From NCBI GenBank assembly GCA_016748015.1, contig JAAOMT010000233.1, forward strand, positions 65,422-129,421: a DNA stretch of 64,000 nt, in the 5' to 3' direction. Position 1 is the stretch's first letter. Each line of letters starts with the position of its first letter. Below the pieces are notes generated by a model. That model did not search any database. It saw only the letters and a program-made list of their open reading frames with translations, and was not told where the DNA came from. This document shows, one piece after another, positions 1 through 9,878 of the stretch. The position numbers were made by a program, and so were the translations under genes. The DNA comes from Geosiphon pyriformis uo1. Lineage: Eukaryota; Fungi; Glomeromycota.

Positions 1-475
1 TAGTTTCATTCAATAAATAATACAAGTAAGTTTCTTAATACTTTGGGTTGTGATAATTCAGTTTTAAATATTCTTTTTTATTTCTTTTTAATTTAAAGGT
101 TTCTTGAGATATTTAATTTAAAAGTATGATTTAAAGTGGAGTTTGTTGAATAAAATTAGATCTATTGCTTGATAAATTATGATTTTTATTACTTAATTCT
201 CTTTTTTCAATATTAAAACTACTGTATATATACATGTTTGTAGTTCTACAAGAAAACACATTGTAATACTTTTTTTTTGATATTTCAACCTGGTGTTTGC
301 TGCTATTACCAGTTGGTATTGGCTGCTATTGTGAACTGGTGCTTGCCACTATTGCGAGATGGTGTTTGTTACTATATTAATTATTATCTTTCTAAAATTA
401 TTACTGTGCTATATTATGATTGAATAGTTTATATTATTTTTTATGATTCTTTTGCTAAATTTTTAAACCATAACA
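1..475 (-). repeat. 3' LTR of gypsy-1 (partial)
   Basis: Ungapped match to 8844-9318 with about 22 substitutions (manual count). Begins TGTTATGG on the minus strand directly after the PPT. Confidence 0.95.
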
Positions 476-489
476 TTATCTCCTCCTTT
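476..489 (-). other. Polypurine tract of gypsy-1
   Basis: Minus strand AAAGGAGGAGATAA immediately before the LTR-initial TG. Confidence 0.85.
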
Positions 490-1199
490 CAAGATTGAGT
501 TCTGTTGAAATCGAAGTTAATTTCTTCATTAAATTCTAAGTTACTATAGTGGTTTAATACTGTATTATTAATTTGTTGTTGTAATTCTTGAAATTGCGAG
601 TTGGTAAATTGTCCAATACTGTTGGTTGTTATTATGTTCATGGTTGGGTCCAACAATAGTTTGTGACAGTTTTCAAATGCTTTAAAAATTCTATAAACTG
701 TTTTTGAATGGAATGTAGTGTTGGTTTTTTCAATGAAAGGTTTTAATAGTTGGATAGTTGTTTTGTCAAACACTTTAGTTGAGTCTTTTGAGTATAATGT
801 TTGTATGTTCAAGTGCTTTCCTAGTTAGTAATAACAGTAGTTAATTGGAAATTTTGTTTTCAAGTTGCTAAATGTGTTTGATGTTAATTCACTTATTTCT
901 ATTTCTTCTATTATTAATGTATTGCCCAATGCTATCTCTAATTTTTCAATAACTTTGCTGATAAATTTGTTGTTATGTTTGGTAATATTATATGGTTCAA
1001 AATTATGTTCTTTTCTTGTTTTTGAATTTTCTATTGTTCTTTTTATGTATGTTATTTTGGAGCTATTAACTGTGATTTCCAGATCGGATTTCAATTGTTA
1101 TAAGCTTTCAACTAATTGTTGAGTTATATTGTTGATGTTTTCTGGAATAAGTATCATTGTTTTAATTTTGACTACTATTTTGGAATCTTTTACATGCAT
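489..1199 (-). pseudogene. Unknown ~240 aa region 3' of the integrase core (in frame with integrase), two internal stops
   Basis: ORF pieces 825-1094 and 489-812 share a frame with integrase. Homologous to gypsy-2 62518-63180 (FPINYCYY*LGKHLNI vs LPISYCYY*LEQKLNI; FNRTQS* vs FDRAQY*). Confidence 0.75.
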
Positions 1200-1286
1200 T
1201 TTTATGGTTGTTAAATCATTTTTGCTGTGATCTAAGATTAATTATCTTTTTGAATAATGTTCAATTAAAACTATTGGTTCTAAATC

Positions 1287-2620
1287 TCATGGAATTTGTT
1301 CTGGTAGAATTAAAGGTAATTGTGTTCCAATTCTGGGTGTCTTTGTTGTTATTACTGGTTTACTATAATAGAATTTCAGCCGGTTATCATGTGCTGCTTT
1401 TCTTAATATTTTATCATCTAGTCTTAGTTTGTATGCTCCATTTCCAAGTATTTCGTGAATATAAAATGGTCCATTCCACTTGTGATCAAATTTTCCACTC
1501 CATTGTTTTTCCATTTTTGTATGATACAACAATACTTTATCTCCAATTTTGTAGCTAATTATATTATCTGGTAACTGGTTATCATGTCTCACTTTTTGTT
1601 GTTCTTGTGATTGTTTAATATTTTGTGCTGCTTTTCTTCTTTTGTTTTCTAAAGTTCCTATTAATTCGTATGTTTTTCTAAGTAGTGTTTCCTGGAATGT
1701 TGCTTTTATGATAGTGTCACTTGGATAAGTTGGGATAGTAAGTTCAATTGGTAATGTGGCTTTTCTTCCATAAACTAGTTCAAATGGTGTGAATTGTGTA
1801 GTATTTTGTTTTACTGTTTTATATGCTAGTAGTACTGCTGGTATAAACAAATCCCATTCTTTTTCATGTTCGTTACTAATTTTTGCCAGTGATTTGCATA
1901 ATGTGCAATTAAATTTTTCAACTAATCCATTTGTTTGAGGGTGGTATGATGATGACAGTGGTCACTTGATTCCAAATTTTTGACTAAGTTTTTTTAAGAT
2001 GCTGTTTACAAAGTATGTGCTTTGATCTGATAGCAATTTTTGTAGACATTTATGCCAGCAAATTAAGTCTTCATGTATGAATTGAGCTACGGAAATAGCA
2101 TCAGCTGTTTTAATAGCTCTAGCTTCTGGCCATTTGGTGAGATAGTTCACAGCTATTGCAATATAATGGTTGTTTCTTGTTGTTATTAGTAAGAGTCTAA
2201 CTAAATCAATTCCAATTCTGTCAAATGGCTGTCCAACTTTTATTGGTCTTAATAATTCCATTGGTTTTGTTCTTCCTCTTCATTGGCATGGGTCACAATT
2301 TTTTATGTATTGGATTATGTCTAAACTCATTTTTGGCCAATAGTAACAGCTAGTTGCACATTGAATGGTTGCTGTTTTTCTAAAATGGTCTGAATGAATA
2401 TCTGAGTGCATGTTAAATAAGATAGTTTTTTTTTATTTGTGGTTATAACTCTTAATAGATTATCTGGATTTTGTTAATTCCGGTAATAAAGTATGTGATT
2501 TTGGATGAAATAGTGTTTTGCTAATTTTTGGAGCTTAATTAGCTCTTTTACTGGCATTTTTTCATCTATTTATAGTGTTTCCAAGTATTGGCTAAGGTTT
2601 TTGTAAAGGTGGTTGTTCAT
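1287..2620 (-). pseudogene. Retrotransposon integrase (HHCC zinc finger, rve core, GPY/F module)
   Basis: HSDIHSDH...CDPC; PFDRIGIDLV; NYLTKWPEA; LSDQ; YHPQTNGLVEKFN; FTPFELVYGR; KWNGPFYI. Contains stops and a 1-nt deletion in the T-run near 2430. Confidence 0.92.
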
Positions 2621-2649
2621 TGTTGTTGTGGCGAGTGGGTTGGTAATTT

Positions 2650-4480
2650 TTATGTGTGTCTCATTCTTGACAAACAGTCAGCATTAGCATTTTTGGTACC
2701 TTCTTTGTATTTGATAATATAATCATATGGTGCTAAAGTTTGTGATCATCTGGCATATTTTCTTTTTAGTGCTTTCTTGTTATTTAACCAGACCAGACTT
2801 CTATGATCTGTGGTAATCTCAAAGAGTTGGTACCATAAATATGTGTCAAAGTGAACACAACTCCAAACTACTGCTAAGCATTTAAGTTTGTGTGCTGCAT
2901 AGTTTTGCTCTGCCATACTGAGATTTCTGCTAACAGAAGCAATTACACGTTTTCTTCCATTATTATTTTTTTGTGACAGAATAGCTCCAAGTCCAGTTCC
3001 AAAGGCATTTGTGGCCAAAATGAATTTCTTGTTGAAATTCGAATAGATCATTATTGGTGATTCAATGAGCTTTTGTCTAAGGTACTTGAAAGTTTTTTGT
3101 TGTGCTTCAGTCCATTCAAACTTCACATTTTTGGATAGTAGGTAATTAAGGAATTTGGCGATGTTTGAAATGTTTTCTACAAAGTGACAGTAGTAAGATG
3201 CAAGTCCTAAAAAGCTTCTAACTTCTAAAACGTTTTGAGGTACTGGAAAATTTTTCACTTTGTCTATTTTTGATGGATCTGGTTTTATTCCATCTTTTCC
3301 AACTATGTGTCCTAAAAATGCTAGCTCATTTTTCCCAAAGAAACATTTTTCTAGATTTAGTTTAAGTCCAGCATGTCTCAATCTCTCAAAAACTTGTTGT
3401 AAATGTTGGAGATAATCTGTGAATTTTGACGAGAAAACATTTGTATCATCCAAGTAGACAACAACAGATTGCCACAGAATTCTGAAGTAAATTACATCCA
3501 TTAGTCTTTGGAATGTTGTGGGAGCGTTTGTTAATCCAAATGACATTACATTGAACTCATAATTGCCATTTTGTGTTGTGAATGCTGTTTTATGCCTGTC
3601 CTTTGGGTCTATTTCTATTTGCCAGTACCCACTGGTCAAATCTAGTGTAGAAAACCATTTTGCTTCTCCAAAAACATCGAAGATTTTATCAATTAATGGT
3701 ATTGGGTATGAGTCTTTGGTTGTTTTGCTGTTTAGTTTGCGATAGTCAATACAAAATCTAATTTTTCTGTTCTTTTTCCTTACTAAAACAACTGGTGAGG
3801 ACCATGGGCTTATTGATGGTTGTATTATTCCTTTTTCTAACATGCTTTGGACTTCTTCTCTGATAAAATTATGCTCCATTGGTAGGACATGGTAAATGCG
3901 TTGTTTTTCAGGTCTGGCATTTCCAGTGGGAATTTGGTGTTGAACCAAGTTAGTTCTTCCAAATTTGCCATTTTGTGAAAATATATCAGAGTATTTTAAA
4001 ATTAATGCTTTTAATTGTCGCTGTTGGTCAGAATCCATTGTTCTAATGTTTAATTTGGTCAATTCTTCTGTCATAAATTGATAGCATTTCAACGGTTGTT
4101 GCCAATTTATTGAAGTAAGTTCACAGTAAAGGGCAATTTCTGGGAAATTTAGAATTTCTTGTGGTGTTAACGCATTTTTTAGCTCCGTTCCGAGGTATCC
4201 AATGATGATATCTTCCAGAATGTAGATGAGTTCTTCTGTGGTGTTTGCAATAAGAATTTTTATCCATTGAGCTTTATCAGCTGGAATAAAAAGATTAGTA
4301 AGTTCTATAAGAAACTGTTGACAAGTTTCTGGATAGGGCTCAAATATTAGGTCTTTTTCTTTAATTGTTCTTTTTATTCTTATTTCTGATTTTCCATATA
4401 GTAGGAGCATGATAGACCACTTAGTTTTAATTACTTCGCCTTTTTCTTCTATTGTTTTAGCAAAATTTGCTTTAATTCCT
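2650..4480 (-). pseudogene. Reverse transcriptase and RNase H of gypsy-1
   Basis: ORF 2746-4572: SPWSSPVVLV, RFCIDYRKLN, LDLTSGYWQI, KTAF, FGLTNAPTTFQ, YLDD, FLGHIV, GLGAILSQ, TDHRSL. Continues past a stop to NANADCLSR. Confidence 0.96.
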
Positions 4481-4484
4481 TTTT

Positions 4485-4875
4485 CTGTCAATCCAAAACC
4501 AAAAGTTCCTCTCGTTGTTTGTAACAATTCCTCACAATTTTCCACTGGCATGAATTTCCCAATTTTTACCAATAGTAAAAAAATTGCTTATGCAATCTTT
4601 TCCTTAGATTCAATAGTATAAGGCTTTTCTGAATTGTTTTGTAGCAAAACCATCAAATTTTCAGTGTATCCAAAGTTAATTACTCTTTTTTAAATGCTTA
4701 TTTCTTTTTTCGCGAAGCTTGATCACAACACTATTTGAACCATTATTTCTGGTGGAATTTCAACTGCTATTTTTAGATCGATTTTGGTGATGCTCCTAGG
4801 TGGTAATGTTGTGGATTGGTCTTCTAGATAATGTAGATCAAATCCAACGTCAGTTGGATGGGCTTTTTTGGATAT
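4485..4875 (-). pseudogene. Trimeric dUTPase domain in gypsy-1 pol
   Basis: Manual translation gives all five motifs: DVGFDL, *SS (RSS), VINFGYTE (GVIDxGYxG), KIA* (KIAQ), RGTFGFGLT. Confidence 0.85.
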
Positions 4876-5844
4876 TATTTCTAAGTGTCTGTTGTCGAAG
4901 TATCAGATGTCAGTTATCTGTTCTAAGTCAGTATAGGCTACAAATTTTTCTGACTCGGGACTGTCAGGTAAGTCTTGTTGATTTATTGATTGATTTTGAG
5001 ACTGCTGATTCTTAATTTCCATTTTTCTTTCTATGTCTCTTTTGTTTTGACACTCTTCACAGCACTGATTTTGGCATGGGATAAAACAGTTTTCGCAGAG
5101 GTAAGTGTTGATTTGAGTGAGGTATTGTTTTTGCTCTTGTCAAGTGGAACATAGTTGTTGGTAGTAGTCCTGGAATTTGTTCACTGGATCAAACATGTTG
5201 TAGCTGGCAACTTTATTGGCTACTTCGGCTGACTCTTTTCAACATCATATTTCTTCGGCAGTTCCTTCTTTTACTTTGGCTTGTGCAGTGTTGTACAACT
5301 CATTCTTGTCATGTGGGTAGTGCTGTAGTCTTTTTAACGCTCTGTTGAATGCTGCTTCGAATGGCATTCCTCCTTTTACTCAATCACAGATGAGAATTGT
5401 GTATTGGCAAGTTGCGTCACATGTTTCTCCTCTGTCTAGTATGTTGTTCCAGTCACACCCTCTTGGTAACAGTTCTCCACAAGCGAGGCACAGTTTTTTG
5501 TCCCATTTTCTGTGTTTTTCTGGGTAACTATATTTTTCTTTGTTACAACAGTTACAATAGTAGTGGATGGGGTTTCTTGGGTCTTTGTCTGATGCACTGC
5601 ACACAGTTATAGATGAGAGTTTTTTCTTGCAAACTGAGCATTCTAGCTTTGGCTTGCATTGCTGGTGGTTTTTTCGTGAACTTACCTGGTTCTATTCGGA
5701 TTTTTCTTCACTGGTCCATGTTGGTATGGCTGGTAGTCCTGTTCTTTGGTCATCAGCCCAAGAGAGCTGATAGGTTTTGATGGCTGGTAGTGCTGGATTT
5801 TCCTCAAATTCGAAGGTAGGTCTTTGGTTGGCACTGGGTTTTTG

Positions 5845-6220
5845 AAAGTGGCCACAGGTGACTGGAATTTTGGCCTGGTGACCATTATAATTGATCAGAA
5901 GCTCTTGGGTGGTCCAGTCTAGGGTGGTGTTGGCTTTTGTTAACCAGTCATTTCCTATTAACACTTGATATTGTGTAGTGTTCATTACTAATACTTTTAT
6001 AGGTATTATTATACCATTAATTTTGAAAGAGAATGAGTCAATTTCGCCATAAAGCAGCTTTGTACTTTCATTAACTGTTATGATTTGGGATGTCGCAGCA
6101 CAATCAACTTTGAAACCCAGTTGGTTTACTAGTTGAAGCATTATAATGCTTTCAGCGGATCTGCTGTCTAAGATAAGTTTAATTGGAGTATTGTTTACAG
6201 TGGCTTCTGTATACATAGCA
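5845..6220 (-). pseudogene. Retroviral-type aspartic protease of gypsy-1
   Basis: VNNTPIKLILDSRSAESII (DSG site mutated) and VLIGNDWL within ORF 5692-6504. Confidence 0.88.
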
Positions 6221-6699
6221 GTAATTGGGTGTTTTTCATTCAATGCTGCTCCATTAAACATAGTTTTGTTTTTCTCTAATTCAAAAGAAAAAATAGCTGC
6301 AAGGCTGCTATCTTCGGTGGCAACTGCTGGTAGTATTGTCTGACTTAATTTGTTGGAGGAATTTTTGGTTCTGTTTATGTTTCTACTGTCATTGTTTCTG
6401 ATGATTAGATTTTCCAGTATATTAAGATAAGTTTGTTGATAATTTTGGTAGTTTGGATTGGTTTGCTGATTGGTTCTGGTGCAGTTTGGATTCCTTTGGA
6501 CCAATGCGTTCTGGTTCTACATGGGCTGATTTTGGGCCTTGGGATGTCAATTCGGGTTGGCTATCATGGGCTGTTGCTGGTAAGCTCCTTGATTTTAATA
6601 CGTGGTGGGATATTGGCATGGTATTGGCATGTACTGGTTTCTGGGCATTTGGGGTGGCACATAGTAATTATTTTCGTGTGCTTCCTGCATTATTCGTGT

Positions 6700-8480
6700 T
6701 CAACATTGACTAATCAAATGTCTTATGCATTTGCAAAAATAGCAGGCGTGCGTTTCTGTTCTGAATTCCTGGCATGATAAGTAATTATTTCGACTGTCAC
6801 TGACTTCTTGGCTGCATCTTTGGGGTGGTTGGTATGTATTTTTTCTTGGATCCAGGATGAGGTAACTTTCTATTTTCTTAGAGAGTTCCTTCCCTAATTG
6901 TGTTACTCTTTTCTCTAATGTTTCTGTCTTATTTTTTTCTATTACCATGTTAACCATTTGACTATGGTTAGCTTCTTTCTCAGCCAATTTAAGGGCTCTG
7001 GCAAGTGTAATGGCTTCTGGTAAGGAATTAGGGTGGACAGGGTGTACTCTTCCTAAAATGCTGCTTTTTAATCTTCTAATAAACTGATTTAAAACCTGAG
7101 GATTAGTGTAGTATTCTTGTTCAATTGCTTTAATCTGATGGCAAATTTGATTGAATCGAGCAAGGTATTGGGTAACAGTTTCACCAGTATTTTGCTTGAT
7201 AGTATTGAATTTGTTCTGTAGTTGGATTATGGTGTTTGGGTCACTAAAGTACTCTAGGAGTGCATTTTTAAATTCGGCAAAGCTCGTGGGTTTTGTTTCC
7301 AGGCTTTAATACCATAAGTCAACTGTGTCTTTCAGGAAGAAAAGTAATGTTTGAATTGCTCTTTGGTTGTTCTAGTTATTTGCCTGGATGGCTTTTTGTG
7401 CTTCTCTGAGCCACGTGTACATGTCTGTTTCTTCTTCCTCTCCTGAGAAATCTGTTAGTCTTGCAATATATGGTGTGGCCATTTCGTTGCCATTTTCTGC
7501 TGGTGGGCTTATTGGTCTAAGAAAAGATGGGATGATATTTCCTTGAGCATTCCTGAAGGTGGCTTCCTTTATATCTGGTTTTTCTTCTTGATCACAAGTT
7601 TTTTGGTTTCTGAACTGGCTGCTTGTTTCAATGACCAGTCTTGTGATTGTTTTTTTACTGGTCTTTTTTTTGGATTCTAATTCAAACTCTTCTTCACAGT
7701 TTTCAAACTCTGTTACAAATTTTGGCTGAAAAAGAGGGTTTTGGAATAGTGATGAATATTCTCCTGTAATTGGTATGTCTCTCTAGTTACATTGTTTAAT
7801 TTTATTAGTATAACTAGGAGTTCTTGGCATTTGTGGAGTTGATGTTGATGATGATGCAGCTCCTAATAGAATTTGTATCTTATTTTCTGGTGAAAAATAG
7901 TATGATTTATTTTCTGGTGAATAAATACATTGTTTTTTTATTGATTAAGTAACAGTTTTCTTTGGTGTTTGAGCAAATGTTTTTAGTTTTTGCTGGTTAT
8001 TTTTCTGATTAGTTTTTGAATTTTCTTTGGTTTTGTTGGCATGTTCCCTAGTGTTTCCTGTGGATATTGGAAAATTTTTGTTGGCATATTGCTCAATTTT
8101 TCAATGGATTTTGACAATAGTTGCGGCTATTATTGCTACTTCTTTTGTAGTGTATTGTGATAATTCTCTATACAATCCAAGTTTTGCATCATGTGGTTTT
8201 TCTTCTTTTCCTATATGATAATTTATTCTGGCGTTGATATAATAAGTGAGAGCAGATTCTGCTGGACAATACTCTTCTGGTAATCCAAGATCACTTTGAT
8301 TTTGTGTGTAAATAGCATGGCAGAATTCAAGAACAGTAAGGTTAGGGGTTTTTGTTACCACTTTTGTCTCTTTCTTTTTAGCAATGAATTATTGTTAATT
8401 ATTATTTCCTTTTTGATTTTCTTTCTTCATAGAAAGCACCAAATATTATGGGATGGTTTTCTTGTTATATTTAATTGCTG
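6700..8480 (-). pseudogene. Gag of gypsy-1 (N-terminal extension, capsid-like region, CCHC knuckle)
   Basis: MATPYIARLTDFSGEEEETDMYTWL capsid-like start near 7481 and CYFCKCIRHLISQC knuckle near 6700-6745. The annotated ORF pieces share the reading frame of protease and RT. Confidence 0.8.
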
Positions 8481-8572
8481 ATATCCTGTTTTAATTGCAA
8501 TTAGTCTTTTGTGAGTTTTTCAATTCTATTTGTGTGATAATGTTACTATTATACTAAAGGCTTTCTTTTTAA

Positions 8573-9318
8573 TGTTATGATGTAAGTTATTTTTCAATTC
8601 CTGATTGTTGTGTGTGTTTATGTACTTCTTCTCAGAGGCTGAACTGAAATCTACCCACTGTCTGGGGTCTTCTCTAAGGCTATCCTTACAATTGCCTGAT
8701 GTGTTTCTCTAATCTAGAAACACAGAAAGTTAATGGCCTTTAGCACTTTTCCTAATTCTTACAATAAAGCTTTTATCAATTAGTAACAACGTAAATAATC
8801 TTGATCAAGGATTATTCTTCCAAGGGATTCAGTTGATGAATAATAGTTTCATTCAATAAATAATACAAGTAAGTTTTTTAATACTTTGGGTTGTGATAAT
8901 TCAGTTTTAAATATTCTTTTTTATTTCTTTTTAATTTAAAGATTTCTTGAGATATTTAATTTAAAAGTATGATTTAAAGTGGAGTTTGTTGAATAAAATT
9001 AGATCTATTGCTTGATAAATTATGATTTTTATTACTTGATTCTCTTTTCTCAATATTAAAACTACTGTATATATACATGTTTGTAGTTCTACAAGAAAAC
9101 ACATTGTAATACTTTTTTTTTGATATTTCAACTTGGTGTTTGCTGCTATTACCAGTTGGTGTTGGCTACTATTGTGAACTGGGGCTTGCCACTATCACGA
9201 GATGGTATTTGCTACTATGTTAATCATTACTTTTCTAAGATTATTACTGCACTATATTATGATTGAATAGTTTAAATTATTTTTTATGATTTTTTTGCTA
9301 AATTCTTAAACCATAACA
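8573..9318 (-). repeat. 5' LTR of gypsy-1 (~746 bp)
   Basis: Minus strand TGTTATG...CATAACA terminal inverted repeat and TATA-like GTATATATAC near 9070. The inner boundary is inferred from the inverted repeat and from similarity to the solo-LTR end. Confidence 0.85.
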
Positions 9319-9570
9319 GCATTGGAATTTTCTGCTAATGTGGTCAAATTGCTTGGCATTACTGAAGCTTTTGGTATTTGTTTTAGATTTTGCAAATCTT
9401 GTTTATTTTTCTCAAGTATAGGTAACTTAGTTTCAGTTCATATAGCTGTGTAGTATTGTTCTGATCAGCCTGAGTGGCTGGTCACATGTAGAAAGTACAT
9501 GATTCATGCTTAGTTTAGATTATTTCTTTAATGTATAGCACTAGATAGTATTTGGACTTCACTTATTAAA
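9319..9570 (+). mobile_element. 3' end of a LINE interrupted by gypsy-1
   Basis: Encodes the ORF2 C-terminus (VVKLLGITEAFGICFRFCKSCLFF) plus the family 3' UTR, and abuts the LTR exactly. Confidence 0.85.
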
Positions 9571-9606
9571 TAATAATAATAATAATAATAATAATATATA
9601 TATATA
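9569..9606. repeat. (TAA)n followed by (TA)n microsatellite at the LINE tail
   Basis: Read directly from the sequence. Confidence 0.9.
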
Positions 9607-9878
9607 TTATTACTTATAAAATAATTTAAAAAAATAAATAATAAATAAATATAGTATAAATCAATTAATTATAAAATAAAAGATATAATACCAAAAATTT
9701 TGGAAATATTAAAAAAAATTCAAAAAAATCAAAAATTCTAAAATATTAGCAAAAATATTAAAAATTCTAACAATAATTTTAAAAAAAATATAAAGATTTT
9801 ATATTATGAAAATTTATGTATATATAGTTTAAAACAAAAAAAATAAAAATTATTATTTTAATTATAATTTAATAAAAA

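Larger units (their letters stand above)
1..9318 (-). mobile_element. Ty3/gypsy LTR retrotransposon (gypsy-1), decayed; 3' LTR cut by the window edge
   Basis: 1-475 repeats 8844-9318 (LTRs). Minus-strand order is gag, CCHC, protease, dUTPase, RT (YLDD), RNase H, integrase, which is the gypsy order. A PPT lies next to the 3' LTR. Confidence 0.95.

Noticed and set aside
489-1199. env gene interpretation of the extra 3' ORF
   Set aside because: No signal peptide or transmembrane stretch, too short, and in frame with integrase.
8535-8565. Minus-strand GCCTTTAGTATAATAGTAAC resembling a tRNA D-arm
   Set aside because: No anticodon arm, T-loop or acceptor stem follows.
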